Position numbers and translations under genes: made by a program. A DNA stretch of 64,000 nt from an uncultured Atopobium sp. (lineage in GTDB: Bacteria > Actinomycetota > Coriobacteriia > Coriobacteriales > Atopobiaceae): positions 862 through 64,861 of the forward strand of contig CABKMA010000001.1 of NCBI GenBank assembly GCA_902373375.1. Direction: 5' to 3'. Below, in pieces: positions 52,704 to 62,923 of this stretch (its first letter is position 1; every line of letters begins with the position of its first letter). A model generated the notes under the pieces. The model searched no databases. It saw only the letters and a list, made by a program, of their open reading frames with translations, and was not told the origin of the DNA.

Positions 52704-53459
52704 TTACTTTTGTACGCGTTCAAATTCAAAGGTGTGCAAAAACTCTTGTGCTCTTTCTGTTTTAGGTGCCGAGAAAAACTCTTGTGCATTGGACGACTCT
52801 TCTACGATGTGTCCTTGATCAATCAAGATGACTCGATCAGCAACTGCTTGAGCAAAGCGCATCTCATGAGTTACCACTAGCATGGTCATTCCCTGCTCCG
52901 CCAGCTCCATAACTACCTGCAAAACCTCATGAACCATCTCGGGATCAAGAGCTGCGGTAATCTCATCCAACAGAAGTACCTCAGGGTTGGTCATCAGTGC
53001 ACGCACAATTGCCACACGCTGCTTTTGGCCACCGGAAAGCGCTGATGGATAGGCGTCCTTCTTCTCCCATAGCCCAACTCGACGTAGCAGCTCTTCAGCT
53101 TGCGTCAAAACCTCATCCTCTGGGCGTTTCTGCACCACCAGAGGGGCCAGGGTTACGTTTTTCAAAACCGTCATGTTAGGAAACAAGTCGTAGCTTTGAA
53201 AAACCATTCCAATGCCTGTTGCAGCACTTTCTCTTTTCTGGCCAGAAATAACCTGATTGTGGAGAAGCACTTCTCCCCCTTGGATATCTTCTAGGCCAAC
53301 AATGGCACGAAGTAGCGTGGACTTACCGCAGCCAGAAGGGCCTAACACTACCACTACCTCGCCTTTATTGATGGAAAGTGAGATCTTATCCAGCACGGGT
53401 TTCTTACTTGAGGGATATACCTTAGTGAAATCCTTAACTGCTAAAACGGTGTTACTCAT
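52704..53459 (-). CDS. Polar amino-acid ABC ATPase
   Basis: [29 protein letters not shown]. Confidence 0.92.
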   Translation of the reverse strand: MSNTVLAVKDFTKVYPSSKKPVLDKISLSINKGEVVVVLGPSGCGKSTLLRAIVGLEDIQGGEVLLHNQVISGQKRESAATGIGMVFQSYDLFPNMTVLKNVTLAPLVVQKRPEDEVLTQAEELLRRVGLWEKKDAYPSALSGGQKQRVAIVRALMTNPEVLLLDEITAALDPEMVHEVLQVVMELAEQGMTMLVVTHEMRFAQAVADRVILIDQGHIVEESSNAQEFFSAPKTERAQEFLHTFEFERVQK

Positions 53460-54129
53460 GTGAGGCACTCCTCTCAAGCCTGCGTGAAAGATACGAAAGT
53501 GGGAAGCAGGCAGCAAAATACAGGAAGAAAATAGCTCCGTAGATCCAAAGTGCTCCGTCAGCTGGGAACTTGAAGCGGTAAAAATCGGTGATCTGACTAC
53601 CAACTCTGAGCAGCTCAACCACGCCAATCAGATTACAAAGTGACGTTGTCTTAATCATGCGTGTAATCAAGTTGATGGCTGGAGGTAAAAGACGCTTGAA
53701 AGCCTGAGGCAAAATGACCTTAATAAACGTCTGCTGGCGAGAAAGGCCAAGTACAAACGCGCCGTCATACTGAGATGCTGGAATTGACTCTAACGCTCCT
53801 CGTACCAGGTCTCCTAGCTCGGCAGCCCCCCAAAAAGTAAAGACCACAATTGATGCCTCAATACCATCAAAATTGACATCAAACCACGCATTAGTACCAA
53901 AGAACACCACAAAGAGCAGTACTAACTGAGGCATAACGCGAACAATCTCAAGGTAAACACGAAGAATTGCGCGAACAACTTTGTTATTGGACGCCATAAA
54001 AAGTCCAACGAGAATGCCAAGGGGAATAGAAAGAGCCACGGAGATAAGACCAATGTATACCGTTGTTGTAAGGCCTCCAAGAAGGCGTGTTAATACCCCT
54101 TCTTGTAACAAAATGTTATCGACGGGCAT
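53452..54129 (-). CDS. Amino-acid ABC permease
   Basis: RVMPQLV, ILPQA, MIKTTSL. Confidence 0.88.
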   Translation of the reverse strand: MPVDNILLQEGVLTRLLGGLTTTVYIGLISVALSIPLGILVGLFMASNNKVVRAILRVYLEIVRVMPQLVLLFVVFFGTNAWFDVNFDGIEASIVVFTFWGAAELGDLVRGALESIPASQYDGAFVLGLSRQQTFIKVILPQAFKRLLPPAINLITRMIKTTSLCNLIGVVELLRVGSQITDFYRFKFPADGALWIYGAIFFLYFAACFPLSYLSRRLERSASHE

Positions 54130-54769
54130 AGTCAAGCCTCCTTTCCAGCCAGCTGCCAAACAAAGAAATAGGAACAAGGATAATCACATAGGAAATAACC
54201 AGCATAAAGAGGGCTTCTGTAGTGTCATACTGCATGCCAATAATATCCTTGGTTACATACATCAAATCTGCCAAGGCAATACCAGAGACAACGGAAGATT
54301 CCTTGATCAAGAAAATAACGTTAGCAACGAGGCCAGGAAGCGCAACAGAGAGTGCTTGTGGGAGAATAACGTGCTGGAGAGCTTGAATCTTTGAAAGACC
54401 CAAAACCTGTGCAGATTCAATCTGAATAGCTGCAACTGATTCAAAGCCTGCACGAAATACCTCTGCCATATAGGAGCCGCCAAGAAACGTAAGGCCCACA
54501 ACAGCAGCTACCTCTGCGTCCATTTTGAGACCAACTTTAGTCAGACCAAAGTAGATAAGAAACAGCTGAATAAGCAGAGGCGTTCCTCTAGAAAGCTCAA
54601 CGTAAACAGCATTAAGCTGGCTCAAAACAGGAATTTTTGTCAGCGAAATCTGAGCACTTATCAAACCAACAATAAGCGAGAAGAAAACTCCAAAGAAAGA
54701 GATGGTAAGTGTTATTTGTGCAGCTTCTGCATACAGTGGGAGGTGTTCCCCTATGAAGCTCCAGTCCAT
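54116..54769 (-). CDS. Amino-acid ABC permease
   Basis: RGTPLLIQLF, YMAE.FRAG, ILPQA, LIKESS; start MDWSF. Confidence 0.9.
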   Translation of the reverse strand: MDWSFIGEHLPLYAEAAQITLTISFFGVFFSLIVGLISAQISLTKIPVLSQLNAVYVELSRGTPLLIQLFLIYFGLTKVGLKMDAEVAAVVGLTFLGGSYMAEVFRAGFESVAAIQIESAQVLGLSKIQALQHVILPQALSVALPGLVANVIFLIKESSVVSGIALADLMYVTKDIIGMQYDTTEALFMLVISYVIILVPISLFGSWLERRLDYARR

Positions 54770-54866
54770 GCGAATAAATCCTCTCGGGATGTGCGAATGT
54801 TCACACAAGAGTTACAAAATAGCTTTACGCCCGAGTCTATACCAGGAAAATTTTGCTCAGCGACAA

Positions 54867-54953
54867 TTACACCCTGGTCGTATGTGACCCGGGCACCAGA
54901 CACATCGCGGTGCATGCACAAAGTGCAGTGTATGTCGTAGCCATAATTCGCAT
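54867..54953 (-). CDS. Candidate leaderless Cys-containing leader peptide MRIMATTYTALCACTAMCLVPGSHTTRV
   Basis: TAGGAT -10 box 7 nt upstream of the ATG; 3 Cys codons; upstream of the cysteine-type ABC operon. Confidence 0.55.
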   Translation of the reverse strand: MRIMATTYTALCACTAMCLVPGSHTTRV

Positions 54954-54973
54954 GTGTAATATCCTAGTCTCAA

Positions 54974-55531
54974 CTAGGATATTGTCAACTCACAATTAGT
55001 AAATTTTTTGATAATAGAAAATTCTTCCACTAAATCATCAACTGACATGCGCGCATTAGCGGGGCTTGTAGACGGTAGTTGACGTGCAGGAATACCAGTT
55101 TGTTGCTCGGTATAACGCTTGTAAAATTTTGTTGCTGTTCCACCAAGCGTAAAAATGGCACAAATTGAACAATCTTGAATAAGTGCTCCAATGTTGTGCG
55201 GAACCGGATTTGCAATAGAAGCATCACTTGCACCCTTAATATCACAAGCCTTAAGCACATCACAAAGAGCAAGATGATGTCTTTTACAGAAATCAATTTT
55301 TTCAGATATGGACTGCAAGGGTTTCTCGCCATATAACGTGGCAACGACACGCCAGAATCTATTTTGAGGATTGCCAAAGTAAAAGCCAATTTCTCGAGAC
55401 TTGGGGCTAGGCATAGACCCTAAAAGCAGCACGCGAGAGTCTGAGAAGATAATAGGGTCAAGCGTGTTCTCTACATGCGTAAGCGCAGTTTTGGCAGCAT
55501 CGACGGCAAGCTGCGGCGTCTTTGAAGCCAC
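54974..55531 (-). CDS. DNA-deoxyinosine glycosylase (UDG superfamily)
   Basis: LLGSMPS.KS, YFGNPQNRFW, GASDASI, LPSTSPAN. Confidence 0.85.
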   Translation of the reverse strand: MASKTPQLAVDAAKTALTHVENTLDPIIFSDSRVLLLGSMPSPKSREIGFYFGNPQNRFWRVVATLYGEKPLQSISEKIDFCKRHHLALCDVLKACDIKGASDASIANPVPHNIGALIQDCSICAIFTLGGTATKFYKRYTEQQTGIPARQLPSTSPANARMSVDDLVEEFSIIKKFTNCELTIS

Positions 55532-55533
55532 AA

Positions 55534-56313
55534 CTACTCTCCCTCTTGCAGCGGCTCAACAAACTCCTGCAAATCATCAAGACGCAATACGGTTACCTGG
55601 CCGTAGCCGGCTCCGCCTGTAGTGCCCGTGTCAATTCCCCACTTATCGCCATCTGACTGGACCCATTGCGCAAGGCCATCAGGAGTAGTGGCGTTGCGAT
55701 TCAAGTTTTTTGCACCAAAGCTTGCTAACAAAGGCGTGGGCGTATGACCGCAAATTACAATGGGATACGATGCGTCTGACGTACGGAAATCCGTAGGATA
55801 TTGCCAAAACTCTTCACGAATCCACAAAAGATCATTTTCAGACTGCTTGGTTAAGTACTGTTCCAAGGAAGCCTTATTCCAGGTGGTTGGCAGGGGAACG
55901 CCATTGGACTTTACACCCGCATGCACCAGAACAAAGTCCCTACCCTGAACTTCAACTGTGGCGTACAAAGGAAGTGCTTGTAACCAGCCTATCAGCTCAC
56001 AATACTCTTCTTCAGGAAGCGTCTTGAGCTCAGCAAGTGTTGCGTCTCCCCCGTTAATCTGCCACATAAATTGAGTTTCAATGTCAGCTTTTGGGTTCAA
56101 TGCTTGCAGCGCAAGCTGCTCATGATTACCCATTAAAACCGTACAGTTAGGAAGCGAGCGAACTGTCTTAATGGTGGCAAGCGAGCTAGGACCACGGTCA
56201 ATCATATCGCCAAGACAATAAAATACATCTGACTCGGTTGGATTAATGCGCTCTAGAGCACGCCTAAGCGGCTCCACATGACCGTGAATATCAGAAAAAA
56301 CGTACGTTGCCAC
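55534..56313 (-). CDS. Calcineurin-like metallophosphoesterase
   Basis: SDIHG, GDMIDRG, GNHE, VHAG, GHTP, IDTG. Confidence 0.9.
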   Translation of the reverse strand: MATYVFSDIHGHVEPLRRALERINPTESDVFYCLGDMIDRGPSSLATIKTVRSLPNCTVLMGNHEQLALQALNPKADIETQFMWQINGGDATLAELKTLPEEEYCELIGWLQALPLYATVEVQGRDFVLVHAGVKSNGVPLPTTWNKASLEQYLTKQSENDLLWIREEFWQYPTDFRTSDASYPIVICGHTPTPLLASFGAKNLNRNATTPDGLAQWVQSDGDKWGIDTGTTGGAGYGQVTVLRLDDLQEFVEPLQEGE

Positions 56314-56319
56314 GAAAAC

Positions 56320-57282
56320 CTATTCTGTCGAACCTTTATCTGCAAGCATCTGACCATCAAAGTTCAGATTTTGCGTAAGCTCTTTTGCAGTATCAAGATT
56401 AAAGTCTGGCGAGAAGAAAACGTCAAGTGCATACGGCACATTTGCCAGTGCATGGTCATACAAATCCCAGAAGCTTTCTTTACGCGCCTCTCCCGTAAAA
56501 GGATCTATCCACTCATTTCCTGCTCTATTATCAAAGTCAGAATCAGAGGATTCCCTTGCCCCGTGAGAAAGTGCCTCAATCAGAGAAAACCTGTTTGTAC
56601 CAAACGTGCGCTCAAGATGACCCAGGAGCTTTCTTTTCTTGCCCGTTGGCGAATACGCCAGATGCTGAATAATCCTAAAATCAACAGCAGCTGACGAGAA
56701 AATCCTGGTATCGGTAGGTTTTTCATACGTCCATAGCAATGCAAAGAAAAATACCCTGTCTAAAACGTAGAGCGTATGCAAGGATGCCTTCAAAACTTCA
56801 CTATAAGGCCTATAGGTAGCTACCGTTTTACCAAGATGAGCGTAAAGAATTGCCTCATCAAGGTCCTTCTCGATCTCTGCATGTACTTGATTTTTAGCAG
56901 ATTCATCCAAGCCCTCAACACCTTGAGAAGTAAGCATGTTTTGCCAGTAGTAGATAAAAGGATGAGCGGTGGAATCAAGCATATAGTGACAGAGGAATCC
57001 CGCAATATAAGCGCGGGCAACTGCAACATCTTTAAGCGGCAGAGGCGCAATTGCATCTCGCATAGAAAGAAGGAGTTCGGGCGTTTTTTCTTTATGCATG
57101 ATTGATGCATATTTGGCGTAGCGATGAAGCAACGGGTCTGCCGATAAGTAAAACAGAGGATCTGGACCTTGGTTGCCCAACAGAAAAGCTTCTCGCTCCT
57201 CCATGGTGGAGAAACCAAGTTTGCCTGCAGCTATGTCAAAGGCGTCCTTACCAAAGAAGTCATGAGTCAAAATTGCGGGCAT
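56320..57282 (-). CDS. Zinc-dependent phospholipase C family protein
   Basis: MPA..TH..F, LG.QGPD..FY, GFLCHY.LD..AHP.I, H..IE..LD. Confidence 0.8.
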   Translation of the reverse strand: MPAILTHDFFGKDAFDIAAGKLGFSTMEEREAFLLGNQGPDPLFYLSADPLLHRYAKYASIMHKEKTPELLLSMRDAIAPLPLKDVAVARAYIAGFLCHYMLDSTAHPFIYYWQNMLTSQGVEGLDESAKNQVHAEIEKDLDEAILYAHLGKTVATYRPYSEVLKASLHTLYVLDRVFFFALLWTYEKPTDTRIFSSAAVDFRIIQHLAYSPTGKKRKLLGHLERTFGTNRFSLIEALSHGARESSDSDFDNRAGNEWIDPFTGEARKESFWDLYDHALANVPYALDVFFSPDFNLDTAKELTQNLNFDGQMLADKGSTE

Positions 57283-57426
57283 GTCCATTCCTTTCAGATA
57301 GCTACCATCTATTTTACCCAGCAATGACAACTGAAGTCCAAGAGAATACAAGAGATGTATTGGTATGATGTAGCTACCTAGTTTGCGCTCTTTACGCCAA
57401 AGCATACATTTCTTGTAGGAGGCGCC

Positions 57427-58425
57427 ATGAGCTCCTGTGCTCTTATCGATTTGCATGTCCATCTTGATGGATCAATTCCACTATCCGCCGCAGCTCAACT
57501 TGCAGCAGATGCAGGACTTGATTTCTCTTTGGCCGAGCTTCAAGAAAAGATGCAAGTCCCAGCTCATTGTCAAGATCTTAACCAGTATCTTGCAACATTT
57601 GAGCTGCCGCTCAAGCTTATGCAATCAGCACAGGGCATCCACGCGGTTGCAAAGGCATTTCATGAGCAACTTGACGCAGAGGGCATTCTCTATGCTGAGC
57701 CTCGTTTTGCACCAGGAAGCCTTACTGCAGGAGGTCTTTCTCAGCAAGAAGTTCTTGAGGCTGCTCTTGCTGGTAGGGCTGACTTCTATGCAGAGAACCC
57801 ACAGTCAGAGCTCCACACGGCATACATTATTTGCGCTATGCGTGGCATAGGTGAAGAGCTTAAGCACAAAAATGAAGAGTCAATTAATCTGGCTGCAGCG
57901 TACCTTGGAAAAGGTGTTGTAGCTGCAGACTTAGCAGGAGCAGAAGCGCTTTTTGCCACAGAGAACTTCTCGTCCCTTTTTGCTGACGCACAAAGAAAAG
58001 ACGTTCCTTTTACTATCCACGCGGGAGAAGCTGCTGGTCCAGAAAGCATCAAGGCTGCACTTCGACTTGGCGCACAACGCATTGGTCACGGTGTTCGCTC
58101 TTTGGAGGATGCGGGTGTTATCCAGGACCTTAAAGCTGCAAATGTTGCCCTTGAAATCTGCCCTACCAGCAACCTTCAGACGCACATCTTTGAGTCAATA
58201 GAGCGCTTTCCTCTTGAGCAGCTGCTTGATGCTGGCCTAACGGTCACTATCAACACGGACAACATGACTGTCTCCAACACTACTCTCTCGCACGAGTTTG
58301 AACTTTTGCAGCAGCACTGCGGTCTAGACAAAAATACCGCACGTGAGCTGGCTAAAAATGCTGCACGTGCGGTATTTAGTAATTCTGTCGAGAAAGACCG
58401 TCTACTTGCCCACCTTAGGCAATAG
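57427..58425 (+). CDS. add: Adenosine deaminase
   Basis: [28 protein letters not shown]. Confidence 0.9.
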   Translation: MSSCALIDLHVHLDGSIPLSAAAQLAADAGLDFSLAELQEKMQVPAHCQDLNQYLATFELPLKLMQSAQGIHAVAKAFHEQLDAEGILYAEPRFAPGSLTAGGLSQQEVLEAALAGRADFYAENPQSELHTAYIICAMRGIGEELKHKNEESINLAAAYLGKGVVAADLAGAEALFATENFSSLFADAQRKDVPFTIHAGEAAGPESIKAALRLGAQRIGHGVRSLEDAGVIQDLKAANVALEICPTSNLQTHIFESIERFPLEQLLDAGLTVTINTDNMTVSNTTLSHEFELLQQHCGLDKNTARELAKNAARAVFSNSVEKDRLLAHLRQ

Positions 58426-61018
58426 TAGCCTCATATCCTGCCTGAACAACAGCGTCAACCAATGCACTATCTGCGACATCAGAAGACAGCTCAACTACAG
58501 CGCTCTTCTCGTCAAGTGAAACGGTTGCCTTAGAGACACCCTCGACAGCCTCAAGAGCCTGTGTGATGTGTGCAACACAGTGCTGGCAAGTCATACCCTC
58601 TACGTTTAGTTTCTTCTCCATATACGATTCCTCCTTCTGTGACGCGGATGCGTCGTTTGTGGACTTAGATTGAGCAGCAATAACTGGTTTTGTGTCATGA
58701 ACGTCTTGACGAGTTACTAAGCTTGCATTCTTTGGCTTCCAGGTACGCAGGCGCAGTGCATTGCATACAACAAAGACTGACGAGAAGCCCATGGCAGCTG
58801 CGGCAATCATAGGGTTCAGCGAAAAACCAAATGGATACAACAGACCCATAGCAACAGGGATACAAATGCTGTTATAGAACAGAGCCCAGAACAGGTTTTC
58901 TTTGATGTTGGTCATGGTGGCGCGAGAAAGCTCAATTGAGGTAGCAACATCAGCTGGATCAGATTTCATCAAAACAATGTCAGCAGACTCAATAGCAACA
59001 TCAGTACCTGCACCAATTGCAATTCCCACGTTTGCTCGCGCAAGTGCTGGAGCATCGTTGATGCCATCACCTACCATGACAACGTTGTCTCCAGCATCCT
59101 GGAACTGCCTAATGTAAGACTCTTTCTGACTTGGCAAGACGTCAGAAATAACCTGGTCAACGCCAAGCTCCTTACCAATGACGTTTGCTGTTGTCGCCTG
59201 ATCTCCGGTAAGCATGACAGACTTAACGCCCATAGCACGAAGACGAGCAATGGTAGATGCGCTAGTTTGCTTAACCTTGTCGGCTACAGCAATGACACCA
59301 AGAAGTTTGCCCTCAAGTGCAAAGTACAGCGGTGTTTTTGCCTGTTCAGCTAGCTGCTGAGCCTGAGAAGTCAGCTCTTGTGTGCTGATGCCCTCCTGCT
59401 CCATAAGACGAGCGTTTCCTGCTACAAGGCGTTTCTCGCCAACCTTTGCCGTAAGGCCACCACCAGCAACCTGTGAGAACTCCTGTATGTCAACAAAGCT
59501 TCCTGCAGACTCTCCAAGCTTCTCTTGAGCGTACGTAACAATTGCCTGAGCAAGTGGATGTTCGCTCTTTTGCTCAAGCGCATATGCATACTCAAGTAGC
59601 TGGTTCTCGGAAGTTCCACCTGCACAAAGTACGTCAGTTACGCTCGGCTTGCCCTCAGTGAGCGTTCCGGTCTTATCAAGAACAACCACGGTTGCTCGAA
59701 CCGCACCCTCAAGCGCCTCGGCAGACTTGACCAAAATGCCATTTGAAGCACCTAGGCCGGTGCCTACCATGATGGCGGTAGGTGTTGCCAGGCCAAGTGC
59801 ACAAGGGCAGGAAATAACCAGAACAGCAACAGCGTACGAGAGAGCAACCGCAAAGTCACCAGGAGTTATAAAGACAAACCATGCTGCAAACGTTACCAGT
59901 GCGATTCCAATGACAACGGGGACAAAAACGCCAGCAATGCTGTCAGCAAGACGCTCGATAGGTGCTTTGGAGCTTGTCGCCTCGTCAACTAAGCGGATAA
60001 TACCTGCAAGCGTTGTATCATCACCAACAGCGGTAGCGCGCATCTTAAACCAGCCGCCAGTAGATACCGTAGCGCCTGTCACGGAGTCTCCAACAACCTT
60101 GCTTACAGGAACGGGCTCTCCGGTAATAGCGGACTCATCGACAGATCCTTCTCCTTCAATGAGCTGGCCATCAACAGGAATCGACTGACCTGCCCTTACC
60201 ACAAGAACGTCTCCCACCATAACGGTCTCTGCAGGAACTTCCTGCTCAATACCATCTTTGACGAGAATAGCCGTCTTTGGAGCAAGGTTCATTAGTGCGC
60301 TAATTGCACCTGTGGTATGACCCTTTGCGCGCGCCTCAAAGAACTTGCCCAGGGAAATCAGAGCAAGAATCACACCTGCGGTCTCAAAGTACATGCCGTG
60401 CATTGCTTGGTGAGCTGCAACAATATCACCTGCAACAAAAGCATTTGCCATCTGATACAGGCTAACAACACTGTAAGCAAACGACGCTGCTGAACCTAGT
60501 GCAATGAGCGAATCCATATTAGGCGAGCCATGCAAAAGCGCGCGGAATCCGCTAATAAAATAGTGACGACAAATAAAGAGAATAGGAATGCAAAGCAAAA
60601 GCTCAGTAAGAGCCAAGTTCATCATGCCATTCATTCCAGAAACAGCAGATGGAATAGGTGCTCCTATCATCTCACTCATGGCAAGATAGAGCAGTGGAAT
60701 GGCAAACGCCATTGAGGAAATAAGCTCGACTCTCTTCTGCTTTACCGCCTTTTCTGAAGCATCGGTAGCATCTGTCGTAGTAGCTGCAGCAGAATCTTTT
60801 TTGTCGCTACGAGGTGTTGCCTCATAGCCTGCTTTATGTACTGCGTCAGAAATCTGCTTAAGAGTGTCTGGGTTACCGTCATAATCAACTTCCATAGAAT
60901 TTTTAAGCAGATTAACACGTGCCTCAGAGACACCAGAAACAGAGTTTGCTGCCTTCTCCACGTGTGCAGAACAACTTGCGCATGTCATTCCTTGTACATC
61001 AAAAACTTTCTGATCCAT
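58415..61018 (-). CDS. copA: Copper-translocating P1B-type ATPase
   Basis: GMTCASC, TGEP, CPC, DKTGT, GDGIND, FYN, C-terminal GMTCQHC HMA domain. Confidence 0.93.
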   Translation of the reverse strand: MDQKVFDVQGMTCASCSAHVEKAANSVSGVSEARVNLLKNSMEVDYDGNPDTLKQISDAVHKAGYEATPRSDKKDSAAATTTDATDASEKAVKQKRVELISSMAFAIPLLYLAMSEMIGAPIPSAVSGMNGMMNLALTELLLCIPILFICRHYFISGFRALLHGSPNMDSLIALGSAASFAYSVVSLYQMANAFVAGDIVAAHQAMHGMYFETAGVILALISLGKFFEARAKGHTTGAISALMNLAPKTAILVKDGIEQEVPAETVMVGDVLVVRAGQSIPVDGQLIEGEGSVDESAITGEPVPVSKVVGDSVTGATVSTGGWFKMRATAVGDDTTLAGIIRLVDEATSSKAPIERLADSIAGVFVPVVIGIALVTFAAWFVFITPGDFAVALSYAVAVLVISCPCALGLATPTAIMVGTGLGASNGILVKSAEALEGAVRATVVVLDKTGTLTEGKPSVTDVLCAGGTSENQLLEYAYALEQKSEHPLAQAIVTYAQEKLGESAGSFVDIQEFSQVAGGGLTAKVGEKRLVAGNARLMEQEGISTQELTSQAQQLAEQAKTPLYFALEGKLLGVIAVADKVKQTSASTIARLRAMGVKSVMLTGDQATTANVIGKELGVDQVISDVLPSQKESYIRQFQDAGDNVVMVGDGINDAPALARANVGIAIGAGTDVAIESADIVLMKSDPADVATSIELSRATMTNIKENLFWALFYNSICIPVAMGLLYPFGFSLNPMIAAAAMGFSSVFVVCNALRLRTWKPKNASLVTRQDVHDTKPVIAAQSKSTNDASASQKEESYMEKKLNVEGMTCQHCVAHITQALEAVEGVSKATVSLDEKSAVVELSSDVADSALVDAVVQAGYEATIA

Positions 61019-61027
61019 AACGCCACC

Positions 61028-61351
61028 TTACATAAATCGCTTAAAGAGGTCCATGACCTCATCAATAACTTCTGTATCACCCGACTGGATGCGGTCAACT
61101 ACGCAAGACTCCAGGTGATCTTGCATTACTTCTCTTGAGACAGCCTTAACCGCAGACTCAACTGCCGCAAGCTGAATAAGGACATCTCCGCAATAACGAT
61201 CCTCGTCAATCATTGTTTTAATGCCATTTAACTGGCCGATTGCACGGTTAATACGACGAGAAACCCCGCTTTTAAGTTCGCTTGAGCGAGGGGTTGTCTT
61301 GTGATCACAATGACAGCATGTCTTTTGTGTTTGGCCGTTGTTCTGAGCCAT
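61028..61351 (-). CDS. csoR: Copper-sensing repressor CsoR
   Basis: GQL.GI..MI...RYC.DVL.Q..AV...H.E.C. Confidence 0.9.
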   Translation of the reverse strand: MAQNNGQTQKTCCHCDHKTTPRSSELKSGVSRRINRAIGQLNGIKTMIDEDRYCGDVLIQLAAVESAVKAVSREVMQDHLESCVVDRIQSGDTEVIDEVMDLFKRFM

Positions 61352-61365
61352 CTCTCCTCCTTTCT

Positions 61366-61426
61366 ATACCCTAAGGGGGTATTAGTTTCTATAAACAGTA
61401 TACCCCCATAAGGTATTTTTATGCAA
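61366..61426 (-). promoter_or_regulatory. csoR-copA promoter with two CsoR-type operators
   Basis: ATACCCTAAGGGGGTAT (61366-82) and ATACCCCCATAAGGTAT (61400-16); TTGCAT-18 nt-TATACT on the minus strand. Confidence 0.8.
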
Positions 61427-61427
61427 C

Positions 61428-61457
61428 AAAAAAATAGCGACCGAAGCCGCTATTTTT
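61428..61457 (-). terminator. Terminator after rmuC
   Basis: AAAAATAGCG/CGCTATTTTT stem. Confidence 0.75.
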
Positions 61458-61498
61458 ATCTACCTATGAAAGAGCACGTCAGCACTTAAAAACACGCA

Positions 61499-62857
61499 TT
61501 ACTCATAGTCTTGATCTTCAACACTTCCCTCAACAAGACCAAGAGTACTCTGAGCATCTTCAAGGCTCTCTAAGGCCGTAACACCTCTGAGCTTGCGATT
61601 CATGGCCTTAGTTCTGGTAGTAAGAATCTTATCAATGGTGGTTTCTGCAGTTCTAATCTGTTTCTGAGCTTTCTCAAGCTGAGCTTGATATGTCTCAAAC
61701 TCTGTCTTAACTGCAGAGAGAACCTTTTGAATCTCATCCGCGTGCTTCTGAATAGCAACAGACTGAAATCCCATTTGAAGACTATTAAGAAGGGCCGCCA
61801 TAGTGGAAGGTCCACACACATTTACACGATACTCTCTCTGGAGCTGCTCAAGAAGACCCGTCTGACTGACTACCTCTGCATAAAGTCCCTCAAAAGGAAG
61901 GAACAAAATAGCGAAGTTGGTTGTCTCTGGTGGAGCAATATACTTTGAAGAAATATCTTTTGCTTCAGCTTTAATTCGAGTCTCTAGGCCCTTTTTAGCA
62001 GCAGCAATAGCCTCTTCATTACCTGCGTTGATTGCATCCACTAAGTGCTCATAGGTATCCCCTGGAAACTTTGAGTCAATAGGAAGCCAAACAGTCTCCC
62101 CTGACTCTCCAGGCAACTTAACTGCAAACTCAACACGCTCAGAAGAGCCAGAAACAGTAGCAACATTTTCTTCATACTGCTCTGGAGAAAGAATGTCTCT
62201 AAGAATAGCTCCAAGCTGGATTTCTCCAACAATTCCGCGAGTCTTAACGCCGGAAAGAACTTTCTTTAAATCTCCGACGCCCTCTGCAAGTCCACGCATT
62301 TCTCCCAAGCCTTGATGAACTTGCTCAAGTTGCGTAGATACACGCTGAAACGATTGAGTCATACGCTCATCAAGCGTCTTCTGGAGTTTCTCGTCAACTG
62401 TCTGACGCATGAGCTCAAGTTTTGCCTCGTTCTCTTTACGCATATCACCAAGCTGCTTATCAACAGTCTCTCTAACCTTGCCAAGCTGCTCAGTTGAGGC
62501 CTGAGAAGTTGTCTTCATGTTCTCATCAACACGACGTTGGAAGGCATCAAAGCGAGCATCAAGCTGGGCAATACGTTCATCAGTCTGCTTTGTCTGAGCC
62601 CGCAGTGTAGTAGTGAGTTTTTGATCTACCACTTCTCTAACCTGCTCAAGCTTAGTATCCATAAGCTGCTGCATAGCCGCCATATTGTCTGTAACACGGC
62701 GATCCAACTCTTGAGAGTTCCTTATAAGCTCTGCAGATGATGATTGGTTTTGCTCTTGAAGTATCTTTACTTGCGAAAGCTTAGAGGAAAGCGCGACAAG
62801 ACTCACGATAAGCACGATAGCGACTACAGCCAAACCAAACAGCACAAGCAAATCCAC
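61499..62857 (-). CDS. rmuC: DNA recombination protein RmuC
   Basis: KTRG..GE.QL, LPIDSKFP, KYI.PP.TT.FA..FLP.EGLYAE. Confidence 0.92.
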   Translation of the reverse strand: MDLLVLFGLAVVAIVLIVSLVALSSKLSQVKILQEQNQSSSAELIRNSQELDRRVTDNMAAMQQLMDTKLEQVREVVDQKLTTTLRAQTKQTDERIAQLDARFDAFQRRVDENMKTTSQASTEQLGKVRETVDKQLGDMRKENEAKLELMRQTVDEKLQKTLDERMTQSFQRVSTQLEQVHQGLGEMRGLAEGVGDLKKVLSGVKTRGIVGEIQLGAILRDILSPEQYEENVATVSGSSERVEFAVKLPGESGETVWLPIDSKFPGDTYEHLVDAINAGNEEAIAAAKKGLETRIKAEAKDISSKYIAPPETTNFAILFLPFEGLYAEVVSQTGLLEQLQREYRVNVCGPSTMAALLNSLQMGFQSVAIQKHADEIQKVLSAVKTEFETYQAQLEKAQKQIRTAETTIDKILTTRTKAMNRKLRGVTALESLEDAQSTLGLVEGSVEDQDYE

Positions 62858-62923
62858 AAGACTCCCCTAACTCATAGCGCAGCAAATAGTAGATGCATCA
62901 TTAGAGCTAATGCCAACTGTACA

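Noticed and set aside
57283..57462. N-terminal extension of the phospholipase C-like ORF overlapping add
   Set aside because: Family motif starts at MPAILTH (57282) with an AAGGA RBS; the extension crosses the divergent promoter region
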